Positions 1-10,360 are shown, counted from the first letter of the stretch. The stretch is 64,000 nucleotides of DNA from Bdellovibrionales bacterium (GCA_965219095.1 CBDCMT010000001.1:864001-928000); one strand, 5' to 3'. Notes: a model not told the origin generated them from the sequence alone. Program-made: numbers and translations.

Positions 1-725
1 GCCACCATGTAGCCTATTCTTAAACCCGCTAATCCATAAGCTTTACTGAAAGTTCTTAGAACCACTACATTCTTATGATCCTGAAACAACTTAATGCCAT
101 CAAAAGTATCTTTAGTTCTCACAAACTCTTTATAAGCTTCATCTAGAACAAACTTTATATGAGGTTTTTGAAAAGCTAACTTCATAAGCTTGTTTAAATC
201 TTCTTTCGAGCTACATAAACCTGTAGGGTTGTTAGGATTGGCTACGAACACAAGTCTTGGATTTTTCTTCTGTATTGTTTCGATAAGTTTAGTAATGTTT
301 AAATTCATATCCTTTTGATAAGGGACTTCAAAAAAAGGAACTCTACAAACTTGAACCGCTAACTTGTAGCCTATAAAAGAACCCTTAGAAAACACAACGC
401 AGTGGTTGGGATCAAGGGGATTACAGAAACGTTTGACAAGAAGTTCTATAAGTTCACTTGCCCCTGCCCCTAAGGCTATATTTTCTATAGGAATTTTTAG
501 AACTTCACTTAAGGCGGATACAAGCTTATGACCTCTCGGAGAGGGATAAAGATGTAGATTTTTTAAACTCTCTAAAGCTTTTAAGGCTATTTTGTTTCTA
601 TAGGCCGGAATTTCATTGCTTGCTAAACGATAAATATGAGAAGGGTTGTACTTTCTTTTGATTTCACTTAAACTTTGGCCTACTTTATAGGATTTTAGTT
701 TTGAAATAGGATCTGACTTTGTCAT
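1..725 (-). CDS. hisC: Histidinol-phosphate aminotransferase (runs off window start)
   Basis: Manual minus-strand translation from ATG at 725: MTKSDPISKLKSY...RLASNE...ANPNNPTG...LDEAY...RTFSKAYGLAGLRIGY, class I/II PLP aminotransferase motifs. Confidence 0.88.
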   Translation of the reverse strand, partial: MTKSDPISKLKSYKVGQSLSEIKRKYNPSHIYRLASNEIPAYRNKIALKALESLKNLHLYPSPRGHKLVSALSEVLKIPIENIALGAGASELIELLVKRFCNPLDPNHCVVFSKGSFIGYKLAVQVCRVPFFEVPYQKDMNLNITKLIETIQKKNPRLVFVANPNNPTGLCSSKEDLNKLMKLAFQKPHIKFVLDEAYKEFVRTKDTFDGIKLFQDHKNVVVLRTFSKAYGLAGLRIGYMV

Positions 726-776
726 TAAGGTGTTATAGCTTAGTTAGAGAGAGTTTTCAAGCCTCTCTTTTTTAAG

Positions 777-1997
777 CTAGAGTAAGGTGATCTCCTCTTT
801 TTCTTGAGAAAAGCTCTTTTTTATTCTTTCTAGATGTCCATCATCTAGAACTTCAATGATCATCTGGATTTCCACTTGTTTAGGGCCTAAATGATAGGAC
901 ATGCGATCATGGACTACTTGTAAAATGTTTCCGCCACATTCACATACTTTTTGTGTAATTTTATTTAAAGTCCCAGGCTTATCCACCACTATAAACTTTA
1001 ACTCAACAAGATTACGGCGGAGAAAAAGATCTTTTTGAATCAGGCAGGAAAGGAGGTTTAAATCTACATTTCCTCCTCCTAAAATAAGCACTGTAGATTC
1101 ACCAAAATCCCATGAAGCTTTTAAGCTTGCAGCTAAGACTGCGGCTGCAGATCCTTCTACTAAAACCTTAGCTCTTTCTAAAAGAAAGATCATACTTGAG
1201 GCGATCTCTTCATCGGAAACACAAATGATATCATCTACGAGTTTTGAAACATAGGCTTCATACATAAGAGGGCTTGGTGTTTTCACACTAATTCCATCAG
1301 CCAATGTTATAGGCTTAAGGACAGAACTTAAGGGTTTGTTATGAAAAAGATTGTACATATCAGGAGAGTTATCACTCACAACACCGTAAACTTTGCACTC
1401 AGGCTTAAACGACTTGACGACCGTAGCTACACCACTGATAAGTCCTCCTCCTCCTATGGCTACAACAACAGAACTTACATCAGGACACTGGCTTATAATT
1501 TCAAAACCTAAGCTTGATTGTCCTCCTATGATGTAAGGATCCTCATAAGGGTGGATGAAAACAAGGGAGTGTTTTTTTTCAAGCTCCTTGGCCTTGGCAT
1601 AACTTTCGTCATAAAAATGGCCATGCAAAATCACTTCTGCCCCATAAGCTTGAGCGGCTTTAATCTTTACCACAGGAGCGTTTTTTGGCATAACAACTTT
1701 TGATAGAATACCTCTTTGAGTAGCAGCATAAGCAACCCCTTGAGCGTGGTTTCCTGCTGAAGCGGCAATAACACCTTTTTGACACTCTTCATCACTTAAA
1801 GAGTAAATTTTATTTAAGCCCCCTCTGACTTTAAAACTACCTGTAGTTTGTTTGTTTTCATATTTGAGATAAGCTTTCCTAGCTAATTTTTTAGAAACAT
1901 GTCGAGAAAGAAAAAGAGGGGTTTTCATCACTTTATCTTTTAAAAAGTCATATGATGTTTTGCAGAAGCCTAAAGAGATAGGATGTTCAGAACCCAT
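777..1997 (-). CDS. ilvA: Threonine ammonia-lyase with C-terminal ACT-like domain
   Basis: KYENKQTTGSFKVRG PLP-lysine motif, ASAGNHAQG, GGGGLISG, C-terminal DKPG ACT motif. Confidence 0.88.
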   Translation of the reverse strand: MGSEHPISLGFCKTSYDFLKDKVMKTPLFLSRHVSKKLARKAYLKYENKQTTGSFKVRGGLNKIYSLSDEECQKGVIAASAGNHAQGVAYAATQRGILSKVVMPKNAPVVKIKAAQAYGAEVILHGHFYDESYAKAKELEKKHSLVFIHPYEDPYIIGGQSSLGFEIISQCPDVSSVVVAIGGGGLISGVATVVKSFKPECKVYGVVSDNSPDMYNLFHNKPLSSVLKPITLADGISVKTPSPLMYEAYVSKLVDDIICVSDEEIASSMIFLLERAKVLVEGSAAAVLAASLKASWDFGESTVLILGGGNVDLNLLSCLIQKDLFLRRNLVELKFIVVDKPGTLNKITQKVCECGGNILQVVHDRMSYHLGPKQVEIQMIIEVLDDGHLERIKKSFSQEKEEITLL

Positions 1998-2010
1998 AGT
2001 CCATTACAGA

Positions 2011-2235
2011 CTACCAAAAAACACTTAAACCTACAAGAGGTGCAAATTTCACATCTTCTCCCGGCTCCTCTCGCACCATAATAGCTTTAGATGAGATACC
2101 TAAGCCTATTTCAAAATCATTAAAGTGATAAAAAGGTGTGAGTTCAGCCTTACAGTTTGTGCATTCATCCACCCTTTTATTATAAGCTTTATTTAAGTTT
2201 GAGCAAATATGACATCTTCTAAAATAAATGTTCAT
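2011..2235 (-). CDS. Small hypothetical protein with CxxC...CxxC zinc ribbon
   Basis: 74-aa ORF co-oriented with neighbours; CHIC and CTNC. Confidence 0.6.
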   Translation of the reverse strand: MNIYFRRCHICSNLNKAYNKRVDECTNCKAELTPFYHFNDFEIGLGISSKAIMVREEPGEDVKFAPLVGLSVFW

Positions 2236-2411
2236 AATTTTATTTTAAACAAGTCATAAAGAAATAAAAATGTTTTTTATCTAACACTTGATCAAATTTT
2301 TAACAAATGAAATGTTTTTTTACGCTAAGATTCTATAAGAAGCTTTTTTGAAATTTGAAAGCTATAAAATGATTTAAAAAAAATTTTGAAAGTGATCCAA
2401 ATTGAGACACT

Positions 2412-2861
2412 CTAAATTTTATTTTTGACTTCAAAAATTAAATTCCGAGCTTCAAGGGTTCCTGCAAAACTCAATTCAAGCTCTACACAAGGCCAATCTT
2501 GAGGCCAAAATCTTTCATCACTGATTTTTTCAGGCCATTCTATAAAGACCCAGCCTTTTTTAAAGAACAACAAATCCCATAAGCCCACTGTTTCTAAATC
2601 TTCTTCATTCTTTATACGATAAAGGTCTAGGTGAAAGATGCTTCTTTGTTGAAGTTGATATTCGTTCAAAAAACTAAAAGTCGGTGAACTAGCTGTTTCA
2701 TCACAAGCTACTAATTCTAGAACAAATTTCACTAGCTGAGTTTTTCCTGAACCCAAAGGGCCTTTGAGTAAAACCAACTGCCTTTCAGAGAAGTTATTTA
2801 AAAAAAAAGCTGTCAGTTTTTTAAGTTCTTCAAGGTTTTTGACAAAAAATTTTTGTTTCAT
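2412..2861 (-). CDS. tsaE: tRNA threonylcarbamoyladenosine biosynthesis ATPase
   Basis: GPLGSGKT Walker A, SSPTF, HLDLYR, IEW motifs. Confidence 0.93.
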   Translation of the reverse strand: MKQKFFVKNLEELKKLTAFFLNNFSERQLVLLKGPLGSGKTQLVKFVLELVACDETASSPTFSFLNEYQLQQRSIFHLDLYRIKNEEDLETVGLWDLLFFKKGWVFIEWPEKISDERFWPQDWPCVELELSFAGTLEARNLIFEVKNKI

Positions 2862-3262
2862 TCTTTACTTTCTTGAGATTTCTCAATGTGAAGAAAAAGC
2901 TTTTTAGGAGTTATAGAGAGAATTTTAACTCCCACAGGAGTGTTAATATCTTCTTTTTTGAGAAAAATAGTTTTCCAACCTAAGCTTTCATCATTAGCAT
3001 CGATGCTTATAATAGCACCGCTTTTGATGTATTTTTTCACACTTGACTCTGGTCCTGAAAGTCTCAAAGTTATATGCTTAGGAACTTCATTGGTAATCAC
3101 CAAATTAGAACCCAACAAAATCTGTAAAGGAAATTCATGAACTAAACCCCAACCCACTTTCCCTAAAATATTTACCCATAACAGAACACTAATTACTAAG
3201 GCTACGATCTTATAAAGCTTATTTTTAGAAAACAAATCAATTAAAAACTTTTTTAAACTCAT
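2858..3262 (-). CDS. cdaR: YbbR/CdaR-like regulator of diadenylate cyclase
   Basis: N-terminal TM (KIVALVISVLLW), single YbbR-like domain, directly downstream of cdaA. Confidence 0.72.
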   Translation of the reverse strand: MSLKKFLIDLFSKNKLYKIVALVISVLLWVNILGKVGWGLVHEFPLQILLGSNLVITNEVPKHITLRLSGPESSVKKYIKSGAIISIDANDESLGWKTIFLKKEDINTPVGVKILSITPKKLFLHIEKSQESKE

Positions 3263-3263
3263 T

Positions 3264-4061
3264 TTAACCTTTCTTTACAGTAAAAATATCGTACAGTTTC
3301 TTTCTCAAATCAACATGATCCATAGGGCTTGAAAACTTTCCTTTTTCAACATATATGACAGCTTTCTTTTCTTCACTGACAAGTAAAATAATAGCGTCCG
3401 TTTCTTCTGACAGGCCTAAAGCCGCTCTATGTCTTGTTCCTAAAGTTTTATCTAAGGCTGGGTTGTTGCTTAAAGGCAAAAAACAACCAGAATAGCTAAT
3501 TCTATTGTCTCTGATTAAAATAGCTCCATCATGAGTAGGGCTTCTAGAATTAAAAATAGCAAGCAACATTTCTGCACGAATATTACATTCCAGCTTTACT
3601 CCTGTTTCAATGTAATGATCTAAAGCCATATCTTTTTCTATAACTACTAAAGCACCTACTGCTCTTTGAGAAAGTTGTATTAGACCTTTTGAAAGTTCAT
3701 CCACAATGGAACCTTCTTTTATAGAAGAAATGCCTCTGGAAGAAGAAAAAACTTGCTTACTTCCTATTTGTATTAAAGCTTGGCGAATTTCTTTTTGAAA
3801 TAAAATCACAACAATCAAAATAAGCTGAGAGAAAAGAGCTTCTAGAAGCCAATTAAAAGTGATCAGTTCAAACAAAATAGATAGTGCATAAATCAAACCG
3901 ATAAAAGTGATTCCTAAAACTACTTGTAAAGAGCCTGAGCTTTTTGTAAAAAGCAGAATGCGGTATACAACAAGCCATACCAAAATTAAATCAATCACAT
4001 TTCGAAAAGATAACTCTTCTAAAATGATCTTCAGATCGGGCAAAAACAAAGAAAGGTTCAT
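3264..4061 (-). CDS. cdaA: Membrane diadenylate cyclase (c-di-AMP synthase)
   Basis: Three N-terminal TM segments, HDGA and GTRHRAA DAC motifs. Confidence 0.95.
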   Translation of the reverse strand: MNLSLFLPDLKIILEELSFRNVIDLILVWLVVYRILLFTKSSGSLQVVLGITFIGLIYALSILFELITFNWLLEALFSQLILIVVILFQKEIRQALIQIGSKQVFSSSRGISSIKEGSIVDELSKGLIQLSQRAVGALVVIEKDMALDHYIETGVKLECNIRAEMLLAIFNSRSPTHDGAILIRDNRISYSGCFLPLSNNPALDKTLGTRHRAALGLSEETDAIILLVSEEKKAVIYVEKGKFSSPMDHVDLRKKLYDIFTVKKG

Positions 4062-4068
4062 CTTAAAA

Positions 4069-4095
4069 GTATCGGCTTTTTAAATAAAAATCTTA
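4069..4095 (-). promoter_or_regulatory. Putative sigma28 (FliA) promoter of cdaA
   Basis: Minus strand TAAG-N15-GCCGATAC versus consensus TAAA-N15-GCCGATAA, ending 7 nt before the ATG. Confidence 0.5.
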
Positions 4096-4212
4096 AGAAA
4101 AGGAGATTGTCCGTAAAGTCGTTAGGATTTGAAGAGGGGGCTCACCTGAGGTAAACTCAAGGTATTATTAACAAAAAATAGAAAAAAACCCCAAATGAAA
4201 GATACATAATAT

Positions 4213-4337
4213 CGGTAAGTCAAAAAGATAGATCACTGGTTTAAGCCAGTAGTGACCCTGAAATACTTGTAGAAAGAGGTTGACTTTCCGAGACAAATTC
4301 TAAGCCCTTTAGCTGGTCTGGCTTTTAAGACCTCAAA
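4213..4337 (+). mobile_element. IS110 left non-coding end remnant
   Basis: Clearly similar to 55971-56097, which precedes the IS110 transposase at 56175. Confidence 0.75.
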
Positions 4338-4550
4338 ATGTATAGTTTTAGTTTTCCCTTTTTTTCGATTAAGCCTGTGTTTTTACGAAGGCTTACTTGA
4401 AAAAAAGGAAAAAGGATCCTGTAAATTAGTCGAATGTGAAAAATGCACAAACAGCTAAAAACACTTGTTTTTTTGTAATTTTTGCATAAAAATAATTGCA
4501 AGGAAGTGGAAAAACAGATAAAAAACCTTGCAAAACAGAAAGGAAAAAAG

Positions 4551-5258
4551 ATGAGGCCAAAAGACATGTTCAGCACACAAAAGAGAAGCCCTCTTAATTT
4601 TAGAGTAAACGACATTGTTCATAAGAAGCATCCGCTTGTCATTTTAGCTAATAAAATAGACTGGGATCGTTTTGATAAAGTTTTTGGTTCGAAGTATGAT
4701 GAAAAAAAAGGTCGTCCAGGTCTTTCAACTCGTTTAATGGTGGGACTTCAGTGCTTGAAATACATTTATAATTTAAGTGACGAGAAGACAATAGAAATGT
4801 TCAAAGAGAGTCCTCAATGGCAGTATTTTTGTGGTCAGCCTTTTTATTCTTATGAAGATCCCTGTGATAGAAGTTCATTGACTAACTGGAGAAAGAGGAT
4901 GGGGGCTGAGAAGATAGAAGTTCTCTTAGAGGAAACCATTGATTTAGCTTTGAGAGAGGGTTTTGTAAAAAAAAAAGAGTTTGAGAATGTAGTTGTTGAT
5001 ACAACTGTTCAAGAGAAAGCAATAGCTTTTCCTACAGACAGCCGTCTTTATTACAAAGCTTTAAAGACTTTAGTTCACAGGGCTAAAAAAGAGGGTTTAG
5101 TTTTACGTCAAAGCTATAAAAGAAAGGCCAAGGAGTGTTTGTTTAAGAATGCTCGTTATGCTCATACAAGAAAAATACGTTTAGCAAGAAAACAGCAAAG
5201 AAAGCTTCATACTTATCAAAGCTATCAGCGCTTATGGGGAGGAGAAGGCACGTTATGA
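4551..5258 (+). pseudogene. IS5-family transposase, C-terminally truncated and fused to IS110 sequence
   Basis: GRP..RLMVGL..LK..YNLSDE, QYFCG, VDTTVQEK.I.FPTD motifs; sequence switches to IS110 at about 5218. Confidence 0.85.
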
Positions 5259-6087
5259 AGCAGAGTTTAAGAGGCTAAGTAAAAAACACAAAGATATTAG
5301 AAATCTTAATAGCATTCCAGGAATTGGTTCTATCAAGGCTATCAAGATTGTAGCCAGGGTTGTAGTGCCTCACCGATTTAAACGTAATTCCTGGTGGAGT
5401 GGACTGCGGACTTGTAAAGCTACATAAAATGAGTAGTGGAAGGTCTTATGGAACTAAGAAGTCTAGGTTTTGCCCACAAATGAAAAGTGTTTTTAAGATA
5501 GCTGCACTCTCAGTTATAGGAAATAACAATGAATTTAATGATTTTTATGAAGAATTGATCAAAAAAAATTTACCACCACACACTGCTAGAAATGCTACCA
5601 ACTAGAAGAATTGCAGCTTTAACTTTAGGTGTTTTCAAGTCTGGGAAAAAATATAAACCTTATGGAGAACGTAAAAATGTAAATAATAATAAAACAACCT
5701 TATAAAATCATCTGTTTAAAGTTTCTTGCATAGTAAGTAACAATACAAATAATGACTTTATGAGGTGAGGATAGATAGCTTAATAAAAATGATATTTATA
5801 AAAAATTCATTTCGACGAATAGCACATCCTCTATTCCTGAAATTTACTATAATCTAAGGTTTTAAATCTTTGGAATTCATGATTTAAAACTAAAAAAGGT
5901 TCAGATAGACGCATAATAGGAATATGTTTGTTTTACAATGTGTAAAGGAAGAGTCATTAAAAATGGAAAGCAAATGCAGGAAGTTTTCTCTTAGGTGATT
6001 AGAATATTCATGACCGTATGCAAAAAAAATTTTTTATATTTTTTGTAAATGGAGAAGTGTTTTTTCTTGACATACTTTTTGATAGAC
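5218..6087 (+). mobile_element. IS110 3' half (frameshifted Tnp20 domain) plus long right non-coding end
   Basis: 5218-5695 nearly identical to 56694-57259; SIPGIG and SG motifs; TTGACA near the terminus. Confidence 0.82.
5718..5986 (+). ncRNA. Candidate IS110 bridge/seek RNA
   Basis: Nested stems 5750-5757/5952-5959, 5767-5772/5826-5831, 5787-5792/5807-5812, 5832-5838/5918-5924, 5859-5868/5881-5890, giving two stem-loops with large internal loops. Confidence 0.6.
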
Positions 6088-6173
6088 ACTCTAAAAATTT
6101 AACAGAGTTTGATTAAAAAGCCAGGACGCTATGCGTTAAAAGAATGTCGAATTAATTTTTGGAAATGGTATTA
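6075..6173 (-). mobile_element. IS630 left-end stub
   Basis: Matches 9265-9350 and 26880-26978. Confidence 0.75.
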
Positions 6174-6470
6174 TCACGCAAAAATCACGCAATTTTTTTT
6201 GATGGAAAGTCTTTTTCAAATAGGACTTTTGAGATTCATGTCGTCTGCCTGTGTCTGACCTATTTCTGACAACCCTAGCCCCTATTCTTTGAAAAAGCTC
6301 TTTAAAATCAAGGCTTTCAAGGCTTCATGTCGTCTGCTTGTCGTCTGACTTATTTTTACCGATTTAACTCCAACCCCTTAAAAAAGCCAATTATTGCCCA
6401 TTTTCTTATGTTAGTGACGAACAACCTATAACTATTTAATTTTACTGCTCTTTTTTTCCATAAAAATTTG

Positions 6471-6570
6471 TCACTAATCTGTTACTAACAAAAAAAACCC
6501 GTTACTAACAGCCTACTAACAAAATTTTGACTTTACTAACAATTACTAATAAACTCTAAAACTACTAAAA
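6471..6570 (+). promoter_or_regulatory. sigma70 promoter overlapped by phased ACTAA(C) repeat array
   Basis: TTGACT(6527)-17bp-TAAACT(6550); seven ACTAA cores spaced 11,20,11,20,10,19 bp. Confidence 0.7.
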
Positions 6571-6585
6571 AAAAATGAGGTTTTT

Positions 6586-7890
6586 GTGAAAAATAACCCC
6601 TTTAACCCAAATTCAGTTGTTCAGCCTCGATTATTTGCTGGTCGTGTTGATCAAGTACGTCATGTCATCCGAAAAATGTCCCAGGTTCGGGATAAAATGC
6701 CTTCAAGTTTTGTTATATCTGGAGAGCGGGGTATAGGGAAAACAGCTTTAGCTAAACTTATAATGTTCATTGTTCAAGAGAAAGATGAAGTTTTTGAAAA
6801 TCTAAACTTTTTAACAACCTACTATACAGTGGAGAAAGATCAACCTTTTCGTTCTGCTTTTCAATCTTCCCTTAATTTATTAACCGATCAACTTCCCAAA
6901 ACAGCTATAGACAGACTTAACTCCCATTTAGGAAGTTTTTTCAAAGAAGGTAAATTTACGCTTGGGGCTTTTGGTGTTAAAGCAGAATTTGATAAGACTT
7001 TAGAAAAGTCTTCTGAAGATGATATATATCTTAAAGATCAAGCTACATCTATACTTACAAATATTCTTAAAGGGATAGAGGAAGATAAATTGAAAAAAGA
7101 AAAAGAAAATACTTCTCCAGACGGAGTACTTATTGTTTTGGATGAGATTCACAATGTTAAAAATATTGATGGTATAGCTCAAATTTTAAGGAGTGTTATA
7201 ACTACTTTAGATATGAACGGACATGGAAATATAGTTTTTCTAATTATTGGTTATCCTGAAGCAGTTAAGAATTTTTTTAAAGGCGATCCTTCAGCGAAAA
7301 GAAGTTTTGATATGCTCCCTTTGGGAATAATGCCGGATAATGAAGCAGAACAAATATTAACAAAAGGACTTGATCAAGCTCAAATCAAATACGATAAATC
7401 AGTCATTAGCAATAATATAGACAAAGCCGGTGGTTATCCACATTCTATTCAAGTTTTAGGACATAATTTAGTTGAAATTGACAGTGACAACCATATTGAT
7501 CAGGAAGATTGGACACAAGCTATAAAGCAAACAGCTTTGGAGCTTCAACATAAAGATTTTTCACATCTCTACAGTTTCAATGGAAAAGTTAGACAAAGGG
7601 ATGAAGTGCTAAATATTTTAGCACTAATGCCAGAACCAGTATTAAAATCTGATTTAGGAAAAGAATTTAATAAAAAAAATAAAAATATATATGCTAGATC
7701 CTGTTTGCCTGAATTAAAAAAAATAGGGGCTATAAAAGAAGAACCGGAAACAGGATTGCTTTCTTTACAATCTTACCTTTTTAAGTCAGCTATCAGCCTG
7801 CATATAGCCTCTCAATCAGATGAAAAAAAATTACAATTGGAATGGTATCAGGTATATAAAAAATTATTAGAGGGAAAAGAGAATATATAA
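6586..7890 (+). CDS. AAA+/P-loop ATPase (AAA_16/STAND-like) with probable C-terminal winged HTH
   Basis: NPF..P..FAGR N-terminus, GERGIGKT Walker A, IVLDE Walker B, GGYP motif, C-terminal wHTH-like segment. Confidence 0.8.
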   Translation: MKNNPFNPNSVVQPRLFAGRVDQVRHVIRKMSQVRDKMPSSFVISGERGIGKTALAKLIMFIVQEKDEVFENLNFLTTYYTVEKDQPFRSAFQSSLNLLTDQLPKTAIDRLNSHLGSFFKEGKFTLGAFGVKAEFDKTLEKSSEDDIYLKDQATSILTNILKGIEEDKLKKEKENTSPDGVLIVLDEIHNVKNIDGIAQILRSVITTLDMNGHGNIVFLIIGYPEAVKNFFKGDPSAKRSFDMLPLGIMPDNEAEQILTKGLDQAQIKYDKSVISNNIDKAGGYPHSIQVLGHNLVEIDSDNHIDQEDWTQAIKQTALELQHKDFSHLYSFNGKVRQRDEVLNILALMPEPVLKSDLGKEFNKKNKNIYARSCLPELKKIGAIKEEPETGLLSLQSYLFKSAISLHIASQSDEKKLQLEWYQVYKKLLEGKENI

Positions 7891-7932
7891 TTTTAAAAAC
7901 TTATACGAAAGAAGAGATGAAAACTTTAATGT

Positions 7933-9350
7933 TATACCAATTACAGAAATTAATTCGACATTTTTATGTTCAAATTTAAAATTTTAAAATTGACTTAAGG
8001 AAAAGTTTCAATTAGGAGGCTTTAAAAAAGTTTTTTTTGAAGGGAGGTTGAGTTTTCATAAGATATGTTTATTTTATGTATATCTATTGTTGTGTGAATC
8101 GATTGATGGGTTAAAATAAGTGTAAAAAAGTGAGGTTAAGATGTAAAATGAAAAAAATCAGTTACGCAATTTAATTTATAGGTTCAAATTAATTTACAAG
8201 CTTGATTCATCTTGTTGTTTTGCCCAAGATCGAGTGCATAATTTTTTAATCCTGCCCTCCTGATCGCAAAAAGTATTCCAGGCCTCACAACAAGTATTCA
8301 GTATATGGTCATAGTTTTTAAAACATGCATTCGATAATTTGATCCTTCGTAATTGTTGCCAGACTTGTTCCATGGGATTTAATTCTGGACTATAAGGAGG
8401 TAAAGGCATCAGGGATAAATTCTTAGGAACTATCAAAGTCTCTGTGGTATGCCAACTGGCTCTGTCCATTAAAACAATTCCATGATAGTTTTCTTGAATA
8501 TTTTTAGATATCTCATCTAAGTGAATTTGCATCATCCCTGAATTACATTCCGGTAAAATCCAAGCACAGCCTTTATCTTTATCCGGACAAACTGCTCCAA
8601 AAATATAAGTGGATAAAAATTGTCTTTGCCTCACAACTCTAGGCCGTGTGCCTTTTCTTGCCCAAATCCTACTCAAAGAACCTTGCTGAGCTTATTCTGC
8701 ATTCATCCTGCCACCAAATCTCTATTTTATGAGTCTGAATCTTTTCCTTTATTTTCTCCACCTCTTCTGGAAAATGTTCCTTAAACTGTTCCATAGCTTC
8801 TTAATGAACTTTTAGGATGAAGAGAACGACCACTGATCCATACAATATTAAGACGGTCTAAAGAAACATAAACCCCAGAAAGAGAATAGCAACAGTCAAA
8901 TTCATTTGCTAAAAGTTCCTGTATTCCCTTTGCTCCTATGCTTCCTCCTTCTCTCTTGTCTTGAATTTCATCTAACTTGATTTTGAAGTTCTCTTCTTCT
9001 GTCACTGGTAAACGAGGCTTGCGCCCTCTGCCTTCTCGATCTATCAACCCCTCGTAATCAAAGTCTACAAAAAAAGACTGTAACCAGGATTTGATACTGT
9101 GACGGTGATAGAAAACTATACTTGCTGTTTCTTGAATCGATTTTCCTTCTTGCATATGCTGCAAAGCTTGGAGTTTTATCTTGATGTTGGCACTTCTTTC
9201 TACTTTGTAAGTAGCTAGAAAATCATACCCTTGAATTTGTGTAACTAAATCTTTTTTCGACATGACTCTAAAAATTTAACAGAGTTTTATCAAAAAGCCA
9301 GGACGCAATGCGTTAAAAGAATATCGAATTAATTTTTGGAAATGGTATTA
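7933..9350 (-). mobile_element. IS630-family element, split/frameshifted transposase (ORFs 8781-9263 and 8194-8676)
   Basis: GRGRKPRL HTH region, MDRASWH and LPPYSPELNPME motifs; TIRs TATACCAATTACAGAAATTAATTCGA / TCGAATTAATTTTTGGAAATGGTATTA. Confidence 0.88.
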
Positions 9351-9482
9351 TTGGTGTTTAATTTAAAGAATCCCAGAATCAACTTGCTAGTGCAACCGAG
9401 AGGTAATGACAAGCTGAGAAAAAAGTAGCCACCAGACGATTTCATGGCAATCTCAGTTTTGAATAAAAAAAAGGAGGTTGTA

Positions 9483-10360
9483 CTAGGGCGTGTCCTCATT
9501 TGACTGGACCTTTGCTTTGAAGTTTAAGCCAAATAAACATACACGCTATAGATAGTATAGCTTTGAAATTTCTAGCAAGCTTTTCAAATCGAGTAGCAAT
9601 GCCTCTAAAATGTTTAAGACGAGCAAAAAGGTTTTCTATCTGATGTCGAGATTTATAAATATGACGATCAAAATCTTTATTTTTCTTTTTGCTATTTTTT
9701 CGTCTCGGTATTACAGGCTTTATCTTCTTACTATGAGCTTTATCTCGTATCTCATCTGAATCATAGGCCTTATCAGCAATCAAATACTCACTATGAAACT
9801 CATCAATTAAATCACCTGCAACTTGACTGTCGTGGACTTCACCCCCAGTGATTTTAAAACAGAGTGGATTTCCATGCGCATCGGAGGCCATGTGTATTTT
9901 TGTTGTGGATCCACCTCTAGATTTTCCCACAGCACGACTTTCTCCACGCCGAGCTCCACTAGCATGCTGATGAACCGATACGTAACTTCCGTCGATGGAC
10001 ACCCACTCTGTATCAACTTCTTCTTGTAAAGCAAAAAAAAATCATTCCATAACCCTTTTTGTGCCCACCTATTAAAGCGATTATATGCTGTCTTCCAAGG
10101 ACAGAACTGTTCAGGAATGTCACGCCACGGACTGCCTGTACGTAATTTCCATAAAATGGCTTCCATAATATTTCTATTGTTTGCTGAATGATAACAGCCC
10201 TTCCCTCTTAATAATAGCTTCCAGATCCTTTCACATAGAATCTGTTAAAACTTTTCTTAACATAAATACCCCCTTTGTTATGAGCTTTTTACAATCTTTA
10301 TAAATATTCAACAGGCCTAAGGTCTTGAAAAAGGTCTAGGCAAATGAGGACACGCCCTAG
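9483..10360 (-). mobile_element. IS5-family (IS427/IS1031-like) element, two overlapping ORFs, 5' frameshift damage
   Basis: TIR GGGCGTGTCCTCATTTG flanked by CTAG at both ends; LRTGSPWRDIP, IDGS, ADKAYD, IENLFARLK motifs. Confidence 0.9.

Noticed and set aside
4100..4212. att duplication of tRNA-Leu(CAA) at the island's far edge
   Set aside because: No copy of the tRNA 3' end was found by eye
4325..4615. 96-aa minus-strand ORF and other short antisense ORFs inside core genes or transposases
   Set aside because: Shadow ORFs opposite well-supported genes or across IS ends
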